Positions 50,891-63,420 of a stretch of DNA of 64,000 nt are shown here, piece after piece. The stretch comes from Negaprion brevirostris (lineage: Eukaryota). The translations under genes were made by a program, and so were the position numbers. The notes beneath the pieces were generated by a model. The model was not told the origin of the DNA and did not search any database. It saw only the letters and a program-made list of their open reading frames with translations. Each line of letters begins with the position of its first letter. Positions within the stretch are counted from its first letter, which is position 1. Location: the NCBI GenBank assembly GCA_030324005.1, contig JARDVH010000115.1:28408812-28472811 (forward strand), given 5' to 3'.

Positions 50891-51559
50891 ACAATATTTT
50901 TTACATTTTTATTTTATTTGTTATTATAATCCAGTTCAAAAACTCCAAGGTTTTTTTTATGAATGATACAAACTCCCACAAACAAATGCCCCGGTTTTGG
51001 TTTAAAGCACAGAAAATAATGATTCTCACCTGATTCTGGACATTTTTGCCTTGCAATATCTGCTGTGATGCAGCCGTTTGGATGGAGAACGGAAACTTTG
51101 AATTCCCCCGTCCTGGAGCTCCCAGTAGACCTCGATGTACAGATGGAGCTGCTGCTGCCTCTTGCTGGCAAACCCCCGACAGCAACATTTTCACCCCAAA
51201 CAGGCAAGAAAAGCTTCTTCCAGTCTGCAGTGTTTAACCAGCCAGCCGCCAGGACAATTTCCCATACCAGAGACTCAAACAGGGCGTTCAGTCTGAAGTC
51301 CAACACCTTCTGCCCGAACTGAAAGTAAAAAGTTCTGGATCTTCTCCAAACTACCACCTGAACATGACCTGTCAATAAACTTTACCCCGACAATTCAGCT
51401 ATCAGGACTTTGCGCTCGAGCCAGATGAAAAATAAAGGAAAGGTCCGTTTTATCATTTTAGCAACAATAACAGGACATCCACTCAGGCAGCTCAGTGCTA
51501 CAATTAAAAAGGGTTGCTTATAACTGCAGAGAACATGATTAAAATGAATGTCTTGGAGA

Positions 51560-52350
51560 GGTTATGAGAGTGGACAAAGAAACGGCAGATAGAATACAAC
51601 GTGGGAAAGTGTGTGGTTATGTACTTGAGTCGAAAGAATAGAGACATGAACTATTTTCTAAATGGGGGGTGAATTCAGAAATCAAAAGCGCAAAGGGACT
51701 TGGGCATTTTAGTTTAGGATTCTCTTAAGGTTAACTTGACTTGGTAGTTAGGAACTCAAATGCAATGTTAGCATTCATTTTGGGAGGACCTTTCTGAGGA
51801 TTTGAAAGGCTCTTGTGAGACCACATTTAGAACCCAGCAAGAAATTTTGGGCCCTGTATCTGAGGAATGGCCTTGGAGAGTATCCACAACAGGTTGGCAA
51901 GAATGATCCCAGAAGTTAAAAGCTTGATGTATGAGGAGCATCTGAGGTCTCTGGGCCTGTACTCAATAGGGGATAGATGGATGAGGGGGTGATCTCATTA
52001 AACCTTGCAGAATGATGAAAGGTTGGGACAGAGTGGAGTTTGGTAAAATCTTTCTATTAGTACTAGAGATTAGGAGCCGAGGGCACAGCCTCAGGGTAAA
52101 GTGATAACCCTGTAGAACTGTGATGAGGAAAAGATTCTTCAGCCAGATGGTGGTGAATCGATGTAATTTATTGCCAGAGAAAGCTGTGGAGGCTGGGTCA
52201 CTAAAAGCACTAAAGGCAGAGAATGATAAAGAGATCAATGGTTTGGGCAAAAAGTGGGAGAATGTAGTTGAGAAACTTGTCATTATGGAATGGTGGAGTA
52301 AGCTCAGCTGGCCAAATGGCCTAATTCTGCTCAAATATCATATGGTCTTA
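51560..52350 (+). mobile_element. Decayed CR1 3' fragment
   Basis: RKRFFSQMVVNRCNLLPEKAVEAGSL and a 3' tail. Confidence 0.85.
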
Positions 52351-53255
52351 AAATACATTTCTGATCAGTGTTGTTATCTCACACCTCCCCCTTAAGAAGA
52401 GAAAGGAACCATCAACATTCAAAAATGGGGTCATTTTTACAAACTTTTAGTCTCACACCGGTATTATTCTACAATAAAGGCACATACGTTTCATTAAATC
52501 AAAACTTGCAAACAAAGCAGTCCATTTCACTCGTTGACTTTGACTGTTAGACATTCCTCCTCCTTTCTTTTCCCAACACACTATTTCCTCTCCAGTACCC
52601 TCCCACAGCCCTTAAACCTGCTTCGGTGTCAAGTTCGAGCTCATTTTTGTTGTTACACTGAAAAACTCGCTCTGGAAATATCCTCAGAGCGAGGCAGGTT
52701 CTGGAGGATGAAACTTTAGACCAGGGCCATCCAGGAGGGTCAGTTTATCACAGCCCCTTTCTTGCTCATTGGTCTCAGCCCCTGCTCTGTGAATATATCA
52801 GACTGCTCTCTCTGGAACTGCTCCATGACCTTCTACACAATCGTTGGCAAAGACGCACGGCAGATTATCATCCTTGGTATCAGAACCCATCGCAACAAAG
52901 ATCAAAGAACAAAAACAGCCCGGGAAACAGGCCCTTTGGCCCAACGAGCCCGTGCCGCCATTTTAACATTTCCAGCACCCCCCTCCACCCATGACCCTTA
53001 ACTATTGTTTATAGTTCCAATAATCACTGCAGCCGTTAGACTGATGTAAAAGACATTGTAGTGGAGTTGGACATCAGTTCTGTACTCTACTTTCTCACTG
53101 ACCGTCCAGACCTGTCCAGACTGTATGGATTCATTATGCCAGCAGTTATTTTTAAACTATGGTACCTTTTCAGCAAAGCATCTCATTTGGATTGTTGTAC
53201 TTGCATCTGATTTCACTCCTCAATCTCCTTTTTTGAGATCACACATGACTGCTGT

Positions 53256-53332
53256 GGGCGGCACGGTAGCACAGTGGTTAGCACTGCTGCTTCACAGCTC
53301 CAGGGTCCTGGGTTCGATTCCTGGCTCGGGTC
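53256..53332 (+). mobile_element. Young HE1-like SINE head truncated by a gap
   Basis: gggcggcacggtagcacagtggttagcactgctgcttcacagctccagggtcctgggttcgattcc, with intact A and B boxes and CpGs. Confidence 0.9.
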
Positions 53333-53432
53333 NNNNNNNNNNNNNNNNNNNNNNNNNNNNNNNNNNNNNNNNNNNNNNNNNNNNNNNNNNNNNNNNNNNN
53401 NNNNNNNNNNNNNNNNNNNNNNNNNNNNNNNN

Positions 53433-55030
53433 AGCTTCCCCCATGATGATGGCATTGCTGCAACTGCCTTACTACTCAATGCTGACAACTGCCAGTTTCC
53501 AGATGCAATTTTACAACTCATCTACTTCACCCTGGACCACAATGTCTTCACCTTCAATAACCAGCTCTTCATCCAGACACACGGAACAGCCATGGGGACC
53601 AAATTCGCACCTCAATATACTAACATCTTCATGCACAGGTTCGAACAAGACTTCTTCACCACACAGGATCTTCAGCCGATGCTATACACTAGATACATCA
53701 GTGACATTTTCTTCCTTTGGACTCATGGTGAACAATCACTGAAACAACTACATGATGANNNNNNNNNNACCATTAAGGACAAATCCTTAATGATCCTTAA
53801 TGGTGTCCAAGACCATTAAGTCTCCATTAAGGACGATCACCTCAGCGCTTCACTGTACCGCAAGCCCACGGATAACCTCACGATGCTCCACTTCTCCAGC
53901 TTCCACCCTAAACATGTTAAAGAACCCATCCCCTACAGCCGAGCCCTCTGTATACACAGGATCTATTCAGATGAGGACGATCACAACAGACACTTCTAGA
54001 CGCTGAAAGATGCCCTCATAAGAACAGGGTATGACGCTCGACTCATCGATTGACAGTTCCGATGCACCACAGCGAAAAACCGCACCGACCTCTTCAGAAG
54101 ACAGACACAGGACACAGTGGACAGTGTACCTTTCGCCATCCCATACTTCCCTGGAGCGGAGAAGCTACGACATTTTCACTGGAGCCTTCAGCATGTCATT
54201 GGTGAAGACGAACATCTCGCCAAGGCCATCACCACATCCCTACTTCTTGCCTTCAAACAACCGTACAACCTCAAACAGACTATTGTCCGCAGCAAACTAC
54301 CCAGCCTTCAGGAGAACAGTGACCGCGACACCACACAACCCTGCCAAGCAACCTCTGCAAGACATGTTGGATCATCGACACAGATGCCATTATCTCATGT
54401 GAGAACACCGTCCACCAGGTACACTGTACATATTCTTGGAACTCGGCCAGTGCTGTCTACCTGATATGCTGCAGGAAAGGATGTCACAAGGCATGGGGAG
54501 ACCATGCAGACGCTATGACAATAGATGAATGAACACTGCTCGACAATCACCAGGTAAGAGTGTTCTCTTCCTGTTGGGGAGTGCTTCAGCGGTCATGGGC
54601 ATTCGGCCTCTGATCTTCGGTTAAGCATCTTCCAAGGCGGCCTTCACAACACACAACAGTGCAGAGTCGCTGAGCAGAGACTGATAGCCAAGTTCCGCAT
54701 ATGAGGACGGCCTCAACTGGGATCTTGGGTTCATGTCACACTATCTGTAACCCCCATGACTTGACTAGGCTTGCAAAATCTTACTAACTGTCCTGTCTGG
54801 AGACAATGCACATCTCTCCACTCACATTGTCTGTACCTTTAAGACCTGATTACCTGTAAAGACTCGCATTCCAATCATTATTTTGTAAATTGAGTTTGTG
54901 TCTTTATACGCCCTGTTTGTAAATAGAACTCCCACTCATCTGACAAAAGAGCAGCGCTTCGAAAGTTAGTGGATTTTGTTACCAAATAAACCTGTTGGGC
55001 TATAACCTGGTGTTGTGAGACTTCTCACTT
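53433..55030 (+). mobile_element. Penelope-like element (RT, GIY-YIG endonuclease and 3' pLTR), disrupted
   Basis: GTAMGTKFAPQYTNIFM...YTRYISDIF RT motifs, VYLICCRKGC GIY-YIG region, and a hammerhead-like motif plus AATAAA in the terminus. Confidence 0.93.
54931..54975 (+). ncRNA. Degenerate minimal hammerhead ribozyme in the Penelope terminus
   Basis: CTGACAA-aagagcagcgcttc-GAAA. The catalytic box deviates from CUGANGA. Confidence 0.55.
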
Positions 55031-55371
55031 TGTATCCACACAATGTTAGACATCAATAGTGTAAGAAAGAACAAGGTAAGTTGATGTTAAATTTAAAATC
55101 AGTCTTACCTGTTGGGATAATGAGGGTCCCTCAGACCTTGCCCTTTCTGACTGCGATCTTGCTCACCCCTTTCTTCATTAATGACTGTTGGTTGCTGGAA
55201 GTAGCCAAAGTCTGGTCTGGGAGCTTGTCACATTTGAGAGGCTCAACATTCAAGTAAGAAGCACAACTATAAACAAATGGACCATTTAATGGCTGCATTT
55301 TTAATCTTTATCCAAAAATGTTGCTCCAAGAATGACTGACACTTCATTCAAATCCCTCAACCAAAATAAAA

Positions 55372-55530
55372 CAGATTATCCGATCATTAATCTCATTGCT
55401 ATTTGTGGATATTTGCTGTGTGCAATTCGGTTGCTGTATTTCTCAACATTATAACAGTGACCTCATTTCGAAAGTACTTCACTGGCTGTGAAATGCTTTG
55501 GGACATGTTGAGATTTTGGAAGGTGCTGTG
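55372..55530 (+). mobile_element. Deu-domain SINE 3' half
   Basis: cagattat..tcatt..cattgctatttgtgg..ttgctgtgtgcaa..aaagtacttcactggctgtgaaatgctttgggac. Confidence 0.7.
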
Positions 55531-55547
55531 CAATTGCAGATCCTTGG

Positions 55548-56679
55548 GGGCCAATTCTCCGAGGCCGCGGTGGCTGCTTTAGCAGCATAACAGGCCGGGA
55601 GACTCAAGCAAAGGTCATATAGCAGGCTCCCCACTGGGCACTGCAATCTCCAAAAGTCTATGGGCATTTCAGGTGCCATTAGCTCTGAGCCAGAAATCAG
55701 CACAGAGCTTTATAATTTATGTAGATGCACATTTAAATGTAAATAGTGGGCCTGGGACTGAAGTCTCCAGGTCCGTTAGCATTCCCCCCTCCTCCCCCCC
55801 ACCCCGGCCCGGCCCCCGGCCCTCCACCCCCTCACACCAGGGACGTTTCACTCCAGTGGGGTTTACAATAGCTTGTCACTTGCAGGCAGCTGGTGATCCC
55901 ACCCTGCTGGAGTGAAGGGGGGCCATTGAGGACCCCCAGGAGGTAGGGGGTGAGGTCGGGTGACCCCCTGGGCATTGCCAGTTTGGCAGTGCCAGTCTGC
56001 CATTTGGCATTACCCAAGTGGCAAAGTGGCAATGTTCAGGAAGCATCTTGACACTGCCCACCAGCCATTGAACAATGTCAAGGGGGCAGGACCAGAGTGG
56101 TGGTGCCTCTGTGCGGGGAGATCGGTGGGGTGGGGAGTCTCGCTGCCACTCTGCACTGGGATCAGTTACAGAGGGAGGGAGGGAGCGATCGGTCTGTCAG
56201 TGGGATTGGGACTATGGGGGGGCGTTCAGGCTGCGGGTGGAGCCGGGGCTGCTGGTGGCATTGGGCGGGGGTGCGGAGATCGAGGTGGGTGGGGTTTGAG
56301 CCTGACACGAACACCTCCAGGGGCCAGTAATGGGGGGTTGTGGGGGTCGGGAGAGGGGGATGGGTCATACGACCAGCGATGCAAAGTTTGCTGTGCTTGC
56401 CAGCGATCAGGGGGCCAGCAGTGTGGGGCTACTGCACATGCACTGATCTCCGTGTGACAGATTGGCGCATGCGCAACGGCCACCTCAGCACAATGTTGCT
56501 GGCTTCTCTAGCGGGAATAGAGCCCACCCACAGCTTTTCAGCGTGATTCTCGCTGAGGCTCTCTATGATACACACAGTGTGGAAGGTCCATTTTGAAAAT
56601 CCTGCTGAAAAAATTAACATGATTTACTCCAGTTTTATGCAAATTTGACACTTAGAATTTTTTTGGGAGAATCCTACCC
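55548..56679. mobile_element. GC-rich non-autonomous TIR element (MITE-like, possibly Harbinger-type)
   Basis: Sharp GC shift bounded by gggccaattctcc and ggagaatcctaccc imperfect inverted termini. No credible coding frame. Confidence 0.6.
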
Positions 56680-57629
56680 TTTACCTTCCTTTGTTGGATA
56701 CCAAAGTGTTAATAAACTAGATTAAAACTGACAATTAAGATGCCAGTTAACATTGATATATTGGTCCGGCTGGGGATACACAAAATATTTAGTTTCATAT
56801 CAGAGGTAATGACTGACTGAGCTCTTGAAATTGTATAATTTGTGTCAGCATGCAATTTGCATTAATATGTTCTTAATATATTTTTGTTCCTAGTTCCAGA
56901 AAAAGGAGAATGTAAAATCCGGGATGTATTGCACAAAATGGACCAACACCAACTGACTGAAATGTGTGGAAATTCAAAATATGTTTGAAAGTCAAGGCCT
57001 CGGAATGCAATTTTCAAAACAGTGTGAGGATTTGCTTATGAAACATTAATGTACTGCCTTAAGTGAGAGCCAGGCTGAGAAATTGATCTGGAAGCAATAA
57101 CAAACACCATGATGCATTTTCACACTGTTTGGCAACTATGTTCACTGGGCCATAAATACTGGGAAAAATCCAATTTGCAACAATGCGCATGAATAAAACA
57201 ATCTCACTTATTCATAAAGGGTAGCTTGTCATCGCGATTGTGAGTTTTGCTTTTTGCTGCCCAAAAATAGTGCCGCTGAGTTGTGGCTATTTAATTCTGA
57301 AGAAATATTTCAGATAATGATATTTGATTGATTCTGATAAATGATCTCTTTCCAAAGTGCATTTTTTTTTGTTTGAGATCGTGTTCAAACTACAGTTCCT
57401 CTCACGCATCTTCTGCTTTCAATTTTAATCCAATTATTTTTTGCACTACATTGGAGATTGCTTTTAACCCAGATATAAATGAATAATATTTGTATATGTG
57501 TGACTTGATAGTGATGAATATTTGCAGCGCACAGTTCAGAAGAGTCCTCTTGACATTTTGCAAGCTATAATAAGTTTGTCATTTGTAGAACTTCTCTGGG
57601 TCCAAGTTTCAATAAGTTTGACTTTTCCA

Positions 57630-58640
57630 TGAAACCACAGAATGATAGAATCACATAATGGTTAGAGTGCAGAAGACAGCCATTCAGCCCATTGTGTTTG
57701 TGCTGATACTCCTCAGGACTGATTTATCTAGTGCCACTCCCTGGTCTTCCCCCTCTTGCCCTGTACATTCTTTCTTTTCAGATTAAAACACAATTCTTTC
57801 TTGAGCGTCTGAATCGACCCTGCGTCCAACTCACTCCCTGGTACTGCAATCCAGATCCTAACCACTTGCTGCATGAAAGGTTGTTTCCTCAGTTTGCCAT
57901 TGCTTCTGTTGCCAATTTCTTGCCACATTGTTCTTGATCATTCCACCACCGCGAACAGTTGTTCCCACATGTACTCTGTCCAGATCCCTCATGATTTTGG
58001 CTACCTCTGTCGAATCTCTTCCCAGTAAGAAGCCTCACAACACCGGGTTAAAGTCCAACCAGTTTATTTGATAGTAAATCCGTTTGATAGTTAACCTGGT
58101 GTTGTGAGACTTCTTACTGTGTTTATCCCAGTCCAATGCTGGCATCTCCACATCGAATCTCTTCCCAGCCTTCTCTTCTCCAAGGAAAACAATCCCAACT
58201 TCTGAAATCTGCCATAAGTAAAGTTCCTCACCCTGGGACCATTCTCATGGATATTTTCTGCGCCTCTTCTAGTATCTTTCCTAAAATGTAACACGAAGAA
58301 ATGGAGACAATAATCCAGTTGAGATGAAACCAGTGTTCTATACAACTTTAATATAACTCCTTTGCTTTTATACTCTATGTCCCCCCTTAGTAAAGCTGAG
58401 GATGCTTTATTAACCATTCTCTCAACCTGTCCTGTCACCTCTCATGAGTTACACACAGATCCACCTGACCCATCTGCTCCTCCACCACCCTTTAGAATTA
58501 AATGTTTTATTATACATTGTCACCATGTTTTTCCTACCAAAATAAACTACTTTACACTTCTCTGCATTAAATTTCATTTGTTACTTGTCCACCCATTCAA
58601 CTAATTTGTTTATGTCTTTTTGAAGTTCTATACTCTCCTC
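57630..58640 (-). mobile_element. Decayed CR1 3' fragment interrupted at 58026-58152
   Basis: IEYKSKGVILKLYRTLV..QLDYC...KLGLFSLEKRRL and FMQQVVRIW. Confidence 0.85.
58026..58152. mobile_element. Mini Penelope-terminus insertion with a 16-bp target-site duplication
   Basis: tcgaatctcttcccag flanks both sides (58010-58025 and 58153-58168). The insert consists of inverted copies of the Penelope terminus. Confidence 0.85.
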
Positions 58641-58669
58641 GCAACTCCCAATACTTTCAAAGAACATAT

Positions 58670-60548
58670 TGTAGTATAAGGGTATCTGGCATAGCAAGGA
58701 TTAATGTGGAATTGTGTGCAGTACCACCCACAGTGTAANNNNNNNNNNNNNNNNNNNNNNNNNNNNNNNNNNNNNNNNNNNNNNNNNNNNNNNNNNNNNN
58801 NNNNNNNNNNNNNNNNNNNNNNNNNNNNNNNNNNNNNNTGTAAAGAAACCTCTGAGATTAGAGTGAGTTGTGGACTGGACAGAGACCTGTGTAGAAGCAA
58901 GCATGGAGTTAACTTCTAACTTGACTATATCCTGTACATGAGCATATAGTGATGTGTTATCAATAAACAGGCAATATTCAACCTTACAAACCTCAGACCT
59001 CTTCATGAAAGACTCGCTGTATGAATATACCATGTACAGCATGGTGGCAGCTCTTGGAAAAACCTTGGAGAAGGTGGAGCAGAAATTTAAAAGCTGTAAA
59101 ATTAAACAAGCAGCATTCTGACTTGACTGAAAGCACTTGAAGTAAAGACACAGAGCAGGAGATTGCCTGACGTAAACTCCAGAGCACAATTGGAAGCAGA
59201 GGGCAGAAGAAAAATACTCCACTGTGCAGCTATGGATCTATCCATGATATCATAGCAATCCAGTTTGAAAACCTACAGATTGCAGACTTAAAGGACCGAG
59301 CAGAATTGAGAACTGGTTTTTAAAAATTTTCAGTCTTTAAAAAGTCAGGGCTGGCTGCACCATACCACAGGGCAGCTGAATGCATTGCGAAACACAAAGG
59401 AAAATTATCAGTATAAAAACCCCTGCCAAATCCAGGAAATGCCATTAGAAAACCTGAAAATCTACCTTTATTGCAGGGAAGGCTCAGAATAGACAATTAA
59501 GTAAATCGTTGCTCAAAATGAAAGACAAAGAGGTTGGGTCCATCATGGCATCTGGAGGCTGTTAAACCTTGACAAGCTCAGGAAGACACTTTGAAAAATC
59601 ACCAACAGGTACCTCGAAGGGAAGACAAACCAACAATCTCAGGCTGCAACTGTTGTTTTCCTATTACCTCCAAACACCACTGTACAGATGCTGCAACCTC
59701 CAGCCAACACACCTAACTGGAAGATACCTCTGGAACAAGGGAGAAAGCAATAACTCACCAAAGCACACATTTGTGAGGTATGGAGGCACACAAAGGAACA
59801 TGGTGTCATGAAAAGGCCAAACAGCAAGGTGAGCCCTCTAATAAGACACATCCACATGACAGGAAGAGACACCTTCAATTCCTACAAGGATCACAGTGGA
59901 CCACACACATGGTTCATGCCAAGAACTAACGGGATAAAGATTGTTTCCAAAAAGAATGGGACAAGCCANNNNNNNNNNNNNNNNNNNNNNNNNNNNNNNN
60001 NNNNNNNNNNTGGATGCGTTGGGAGGGATGGGGGATGGTGGGTGGGTTGGCAAGGAATCGTTCAACTTCAAGGGATGGAAAGAAGGAATTAGAAGACAAC
60101 CAGGTGCCAAAGAGACAGACTTAAACTTAAACACAGATTCAACAAAACTAGCAAAAATCAACTGAGCCTACCACTCTTACAAGTGCAACCAGAACAGTAT
60201 CTGGAAGAATCGTTAAGCATCCAGGCTGCCTGAATCTGTAATGCTAAATGCTTGAGTGGGGGACAAAGGGCAGCATAATGGTAATGTATTAGGTAAATAT
60301 AATTGTAATGTAAATATATTGGGTAAAGGCTTGGGGGTAGGTGTCATATAAGAGTAAGTGTTAATGCAGGACTGAATACAGTATGCTCCACAGTGTGAGA
60401 GAAAGAGACCCATGACCTGAAACTAAAGGAGGTTGTAGATTTGATAGAGACCTGCTTGGAAGTAAGCATGAGTTAGCTCCTGGCTTGGAGTATATCCTGT
60501 ATATATGCATATCGTGATGTGTTATGAATAAACAGTTAGTGTTCAATC
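58670..60548 (+). mobile_element. LTR retrotransposon remnant with two related LTR-like blocks
   Basis: 58850-58970 and 60415-60540 align (agagacctg..gaag.aagcatg..tatatcctgta..gtgatgtgttat.aataaacag). PBS-like tggtggcag at 59042. Confidence 0.55.
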
Positions 60549-60574
60549 NNNNNNNNNNNNNNNNNNNNNNNNNN

Positions 60575-61000
60575 GAGAGACTGAATATACATAAAATGCC
60601 AAATTGTGTAATTGTCCCCTGTACACCAAGGTCTAGGTCATTATATGTATCAGGAAGAACAAGAGTGTCAACACTGTCCCCTGGGAAATTCCACTACAAA
60701 CCTTCCTCCAGTCCAACAAACATCAATTAATCATTACTCTGTTTTCTGTCACTCAAAGAATTTTGTACCCATATTGCTACTGTACTTTTTATTCCCCAAG
60801 CAATAAATTTGCCCATAATTATGTTGTGTGAGATTTTACTAAATGCCTTCTGGAAATCTATGTACGTTACATCAACAGCACTTTTCTTATCAAACCTCTC
60901 TGTAACCTCATCAAAAAATTCCAGCAAGTCAGTTAAACACGATTTGCCCTTGACAAATCCATGCTGACTTTCCTTAATTAATCTGCAACTTCCCAAGTAA
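60575..61000 (-). mobile_element. CR1 RT fragment
   Basis: SQHGFVKGKSCLTDLLEFFDEVT...VDVTYIDFQKAFSKISH. Confidence 0.92.
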
Positions 61001-61106
61001 CTGTTAATATTGTCCTGAGTCCTGAAATGTAACAATCACCTCGAGCCAGTAGCAGGCTGAATGTTAATTGCCACAGTCCTGTGCCTTTCAGTAAATCATC
61101 CGTTAG

Positions 61107-61350
61107 ATGTCAGCTATGGCTCAGTGGTGGCTCACTTACCCTCGAGGCAGAAAGACTGTGGTTGCAAGCCCTACTTCAGAAACTTGTGCATATAGCTCAA
61201 TCTAAACTGACACTTGTGAGGAGTACTGAAGGTCTGGCAACATCAATGTCAGAGGCTTCTTGGATAAGATGTTAATTGTGTTCTCTCAGTTGGAAATATG
61301 TGAAGAAGAATGGGATGATTCCTTCAGGTGTCCTGGTCAATATCCCTCAA
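61107..61350 (+). mobile_element. Decayed Deu-domain SINE 5' part
   Basis: tRNA-like head gtcagctatggctcagtggt and a SacSINE-like body. Confidence 0.5.
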
Positions 61351-62606
61351 GGAATGAATATTTTCTTCACCTTGTTACTTGCTCTTGTAATGTGAATCTT
61401 AAAATTAAGCCCTCTGTAAAATAAAAAAATTGTGTTTGTATCAGCTCTCTTGTACATTAAGAAGATGCCATTGGTCAATATGTGTTAGCAGCATTGCAAC
61501 CATGATGAGGTCCAGTTATCTAACAGGTCATAAATTTGGAAAAAGGTCATCTGAAATCCTTGATAGGTGGTGAAGTGGATGAGCTGTGTCCGGAAGAGGG
61601 TGATAAACAGTATAGGGTGTGTGTGTGAGGGGAGTGAGTAGTGTGGAGAGGGATGGGTGAGCCGTGTTGGGAGGAGGGTGAGCAGCACTTAGACAAGTGT
61701 GCATGGTGTAAGGGGTGGGCAATGTCTGGAGGGGTTTGAACAATATTGGTAGGGATGTGAGCAGCGTTGGAGGGTGGGTTTGTACAGTGTAATGGTTGGG
61801 GTGTGCAGGACTACTTTGGCACTGCTTCTGATTTGAAAAGCTGCACTCTCGTGTTTAAAAATCAGAGCAAGTACTGGGCAATTATCAAGCAGGTAGACCA
61901 AGTTTACGTACTTACAGGTCTCAGGGGATTGTTGCAAAGTTGAAGACTCATGAAATGGTCTAGAGGCTTGAATAGCTGAACAGTAATTGTCTATCAATAG
62001 CACAGTTATGTACATATAAACAGAATATAGTCCTGACTAGGTGTTCGCTATATTCCTTTGAACGCCTCCGCACATTCTACTATTCTTGTGTGATTCTACA
62101 TTACAATGTGATGGATACTGTCTCCCCAGTCCCACATTAACCCTGATTCTACGGTTCAGTTCGGAGCTAATGTTGTAGAAATTGGCATTTCAATTATTTG
62201 GGTGTCAATATCAGTTTCACTTTTTGCTCTCCTTAGTGTTGTATTTCTCTTTGTTGACAATCTGCCTTCCTTGGTCTGATGCCCTTGGCCTATCTCTTTC
62301 CTTTCCAAGGGAATGTTCATGCTACTCGTTCACACAGTAGATTTGGGTTTACTTTTTGGTTCTACCCGAGAGTTGAAGGTTTACCTCCCTTATGTTTTGC
62401 TCTTCATTCTTGAGCTCATTCTTTGTTTGGTGTCTAATGCTGTGCTTTGTTTTTTCACTTGCACTTCTACCCCCTGAGTTTAGTCTTGGTGAGTTGGTGG
62501 TCACTTTTCTCCTGCCCCAGGGCCGACTTGTGTGAGTGAACTCAAAGCTTCATCTTCATTGCTGTAGAAGTTCAGGCACAACCTCCTGCTGCCGGATCAA
62601 CACCAA

Positions 62607-63420
62607 CCACAATCCCACTTAGTACCTATCCCAATACATTTACCCTAGCTAGCCCCCCTAACACTAAGGGATAACTTATCATGGCCAATCCACCTCACTC
62701 GCACATCTTTGGACTGTGGGAGGANNNNNNNNNNNNNNNNNNNNNNNNNNNNNNNNNNNNNNNNNNNNNNNNNNNNNNNNNNNNNNNNNNNNNNNNNNNN
62801 NNNNNNNNNNNNNNNNNNNNNNNNNNNNNNNNNNNNNNNNNNNNNNNNNNNNNNNNNNNNNNNNNNNNNNNNNNNNNNNNNNNNNNNNNNNNNNNNNNNN
62901 NNNNNNNNNNNNNNNNNNNNNNNNNNNNNNNNNNNNNNNNNNNNNNNNNNNNNNNNNNNNNNNNNNNNNNNNNNNNNNNNNNNNNNNNNNNNNNNNNNNN
63001 NNNNNNNNNNNNNNNNNNNNNNNNNNNNNNNNNNNNNNNNNNNNNNNNNNNNNNNNNNNNNNNNNNNNNNNNNNNNNNNNNNNNNNNNNNNNNNNNNNNN
63101 NNNNNNNNNNNNNNNNNNNNNNNNNNNNNNNNNNNNNNNNNNNNNNNNNNNNNNNNNNNNNNNNNNNNNNNNNNNNNNNNNNNNNNNNNNNNNNNNNNNN
63201 NNNNNNNNNNNNNNNNNNNNNNNNNNNNNNNNNNNNNNNNNNNNNNNNNNNNNNNNNNNNNNNNNNNNNNNNNNNNNNNNNNNNNNNNNNNNNNNNNNNN
63301 NNNNNNNNNNNNNNNNNNNNNNNNNNNNNNNNNNNCCACACAAACAGTGACCCAAACTGGGAAATGAACCTGGGTCCCTGGCACTGTGAGACAGCACTGC
63401 TAACCACTGTGTCACCATGC
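62607..63420 (-). mobile_element. HE1-like SINE sequence on both sides of a gap
   Basis: Body at 62607-62724 and head at 63336-63420. Confidence 0.8.

Noticed and set aside
53256-53332. tRNA gene
   Set aside because: It is the tRNA-derived head of a SINE that recurs about ten times in the window.
53769-53835. Scrambled direct and inverted cattaagga motifs inside the Penelope RT
   Set aside because: Directly adjacent to an N gap, so a local mis-assembly cannot be told apart from a real micro-rearrangement.
55832-56546. Cluster of overlapping Gly/Pro-rich ORFs
   Set aside because: Expected by-product of the GC-rich TIR element. No domain or splice support.
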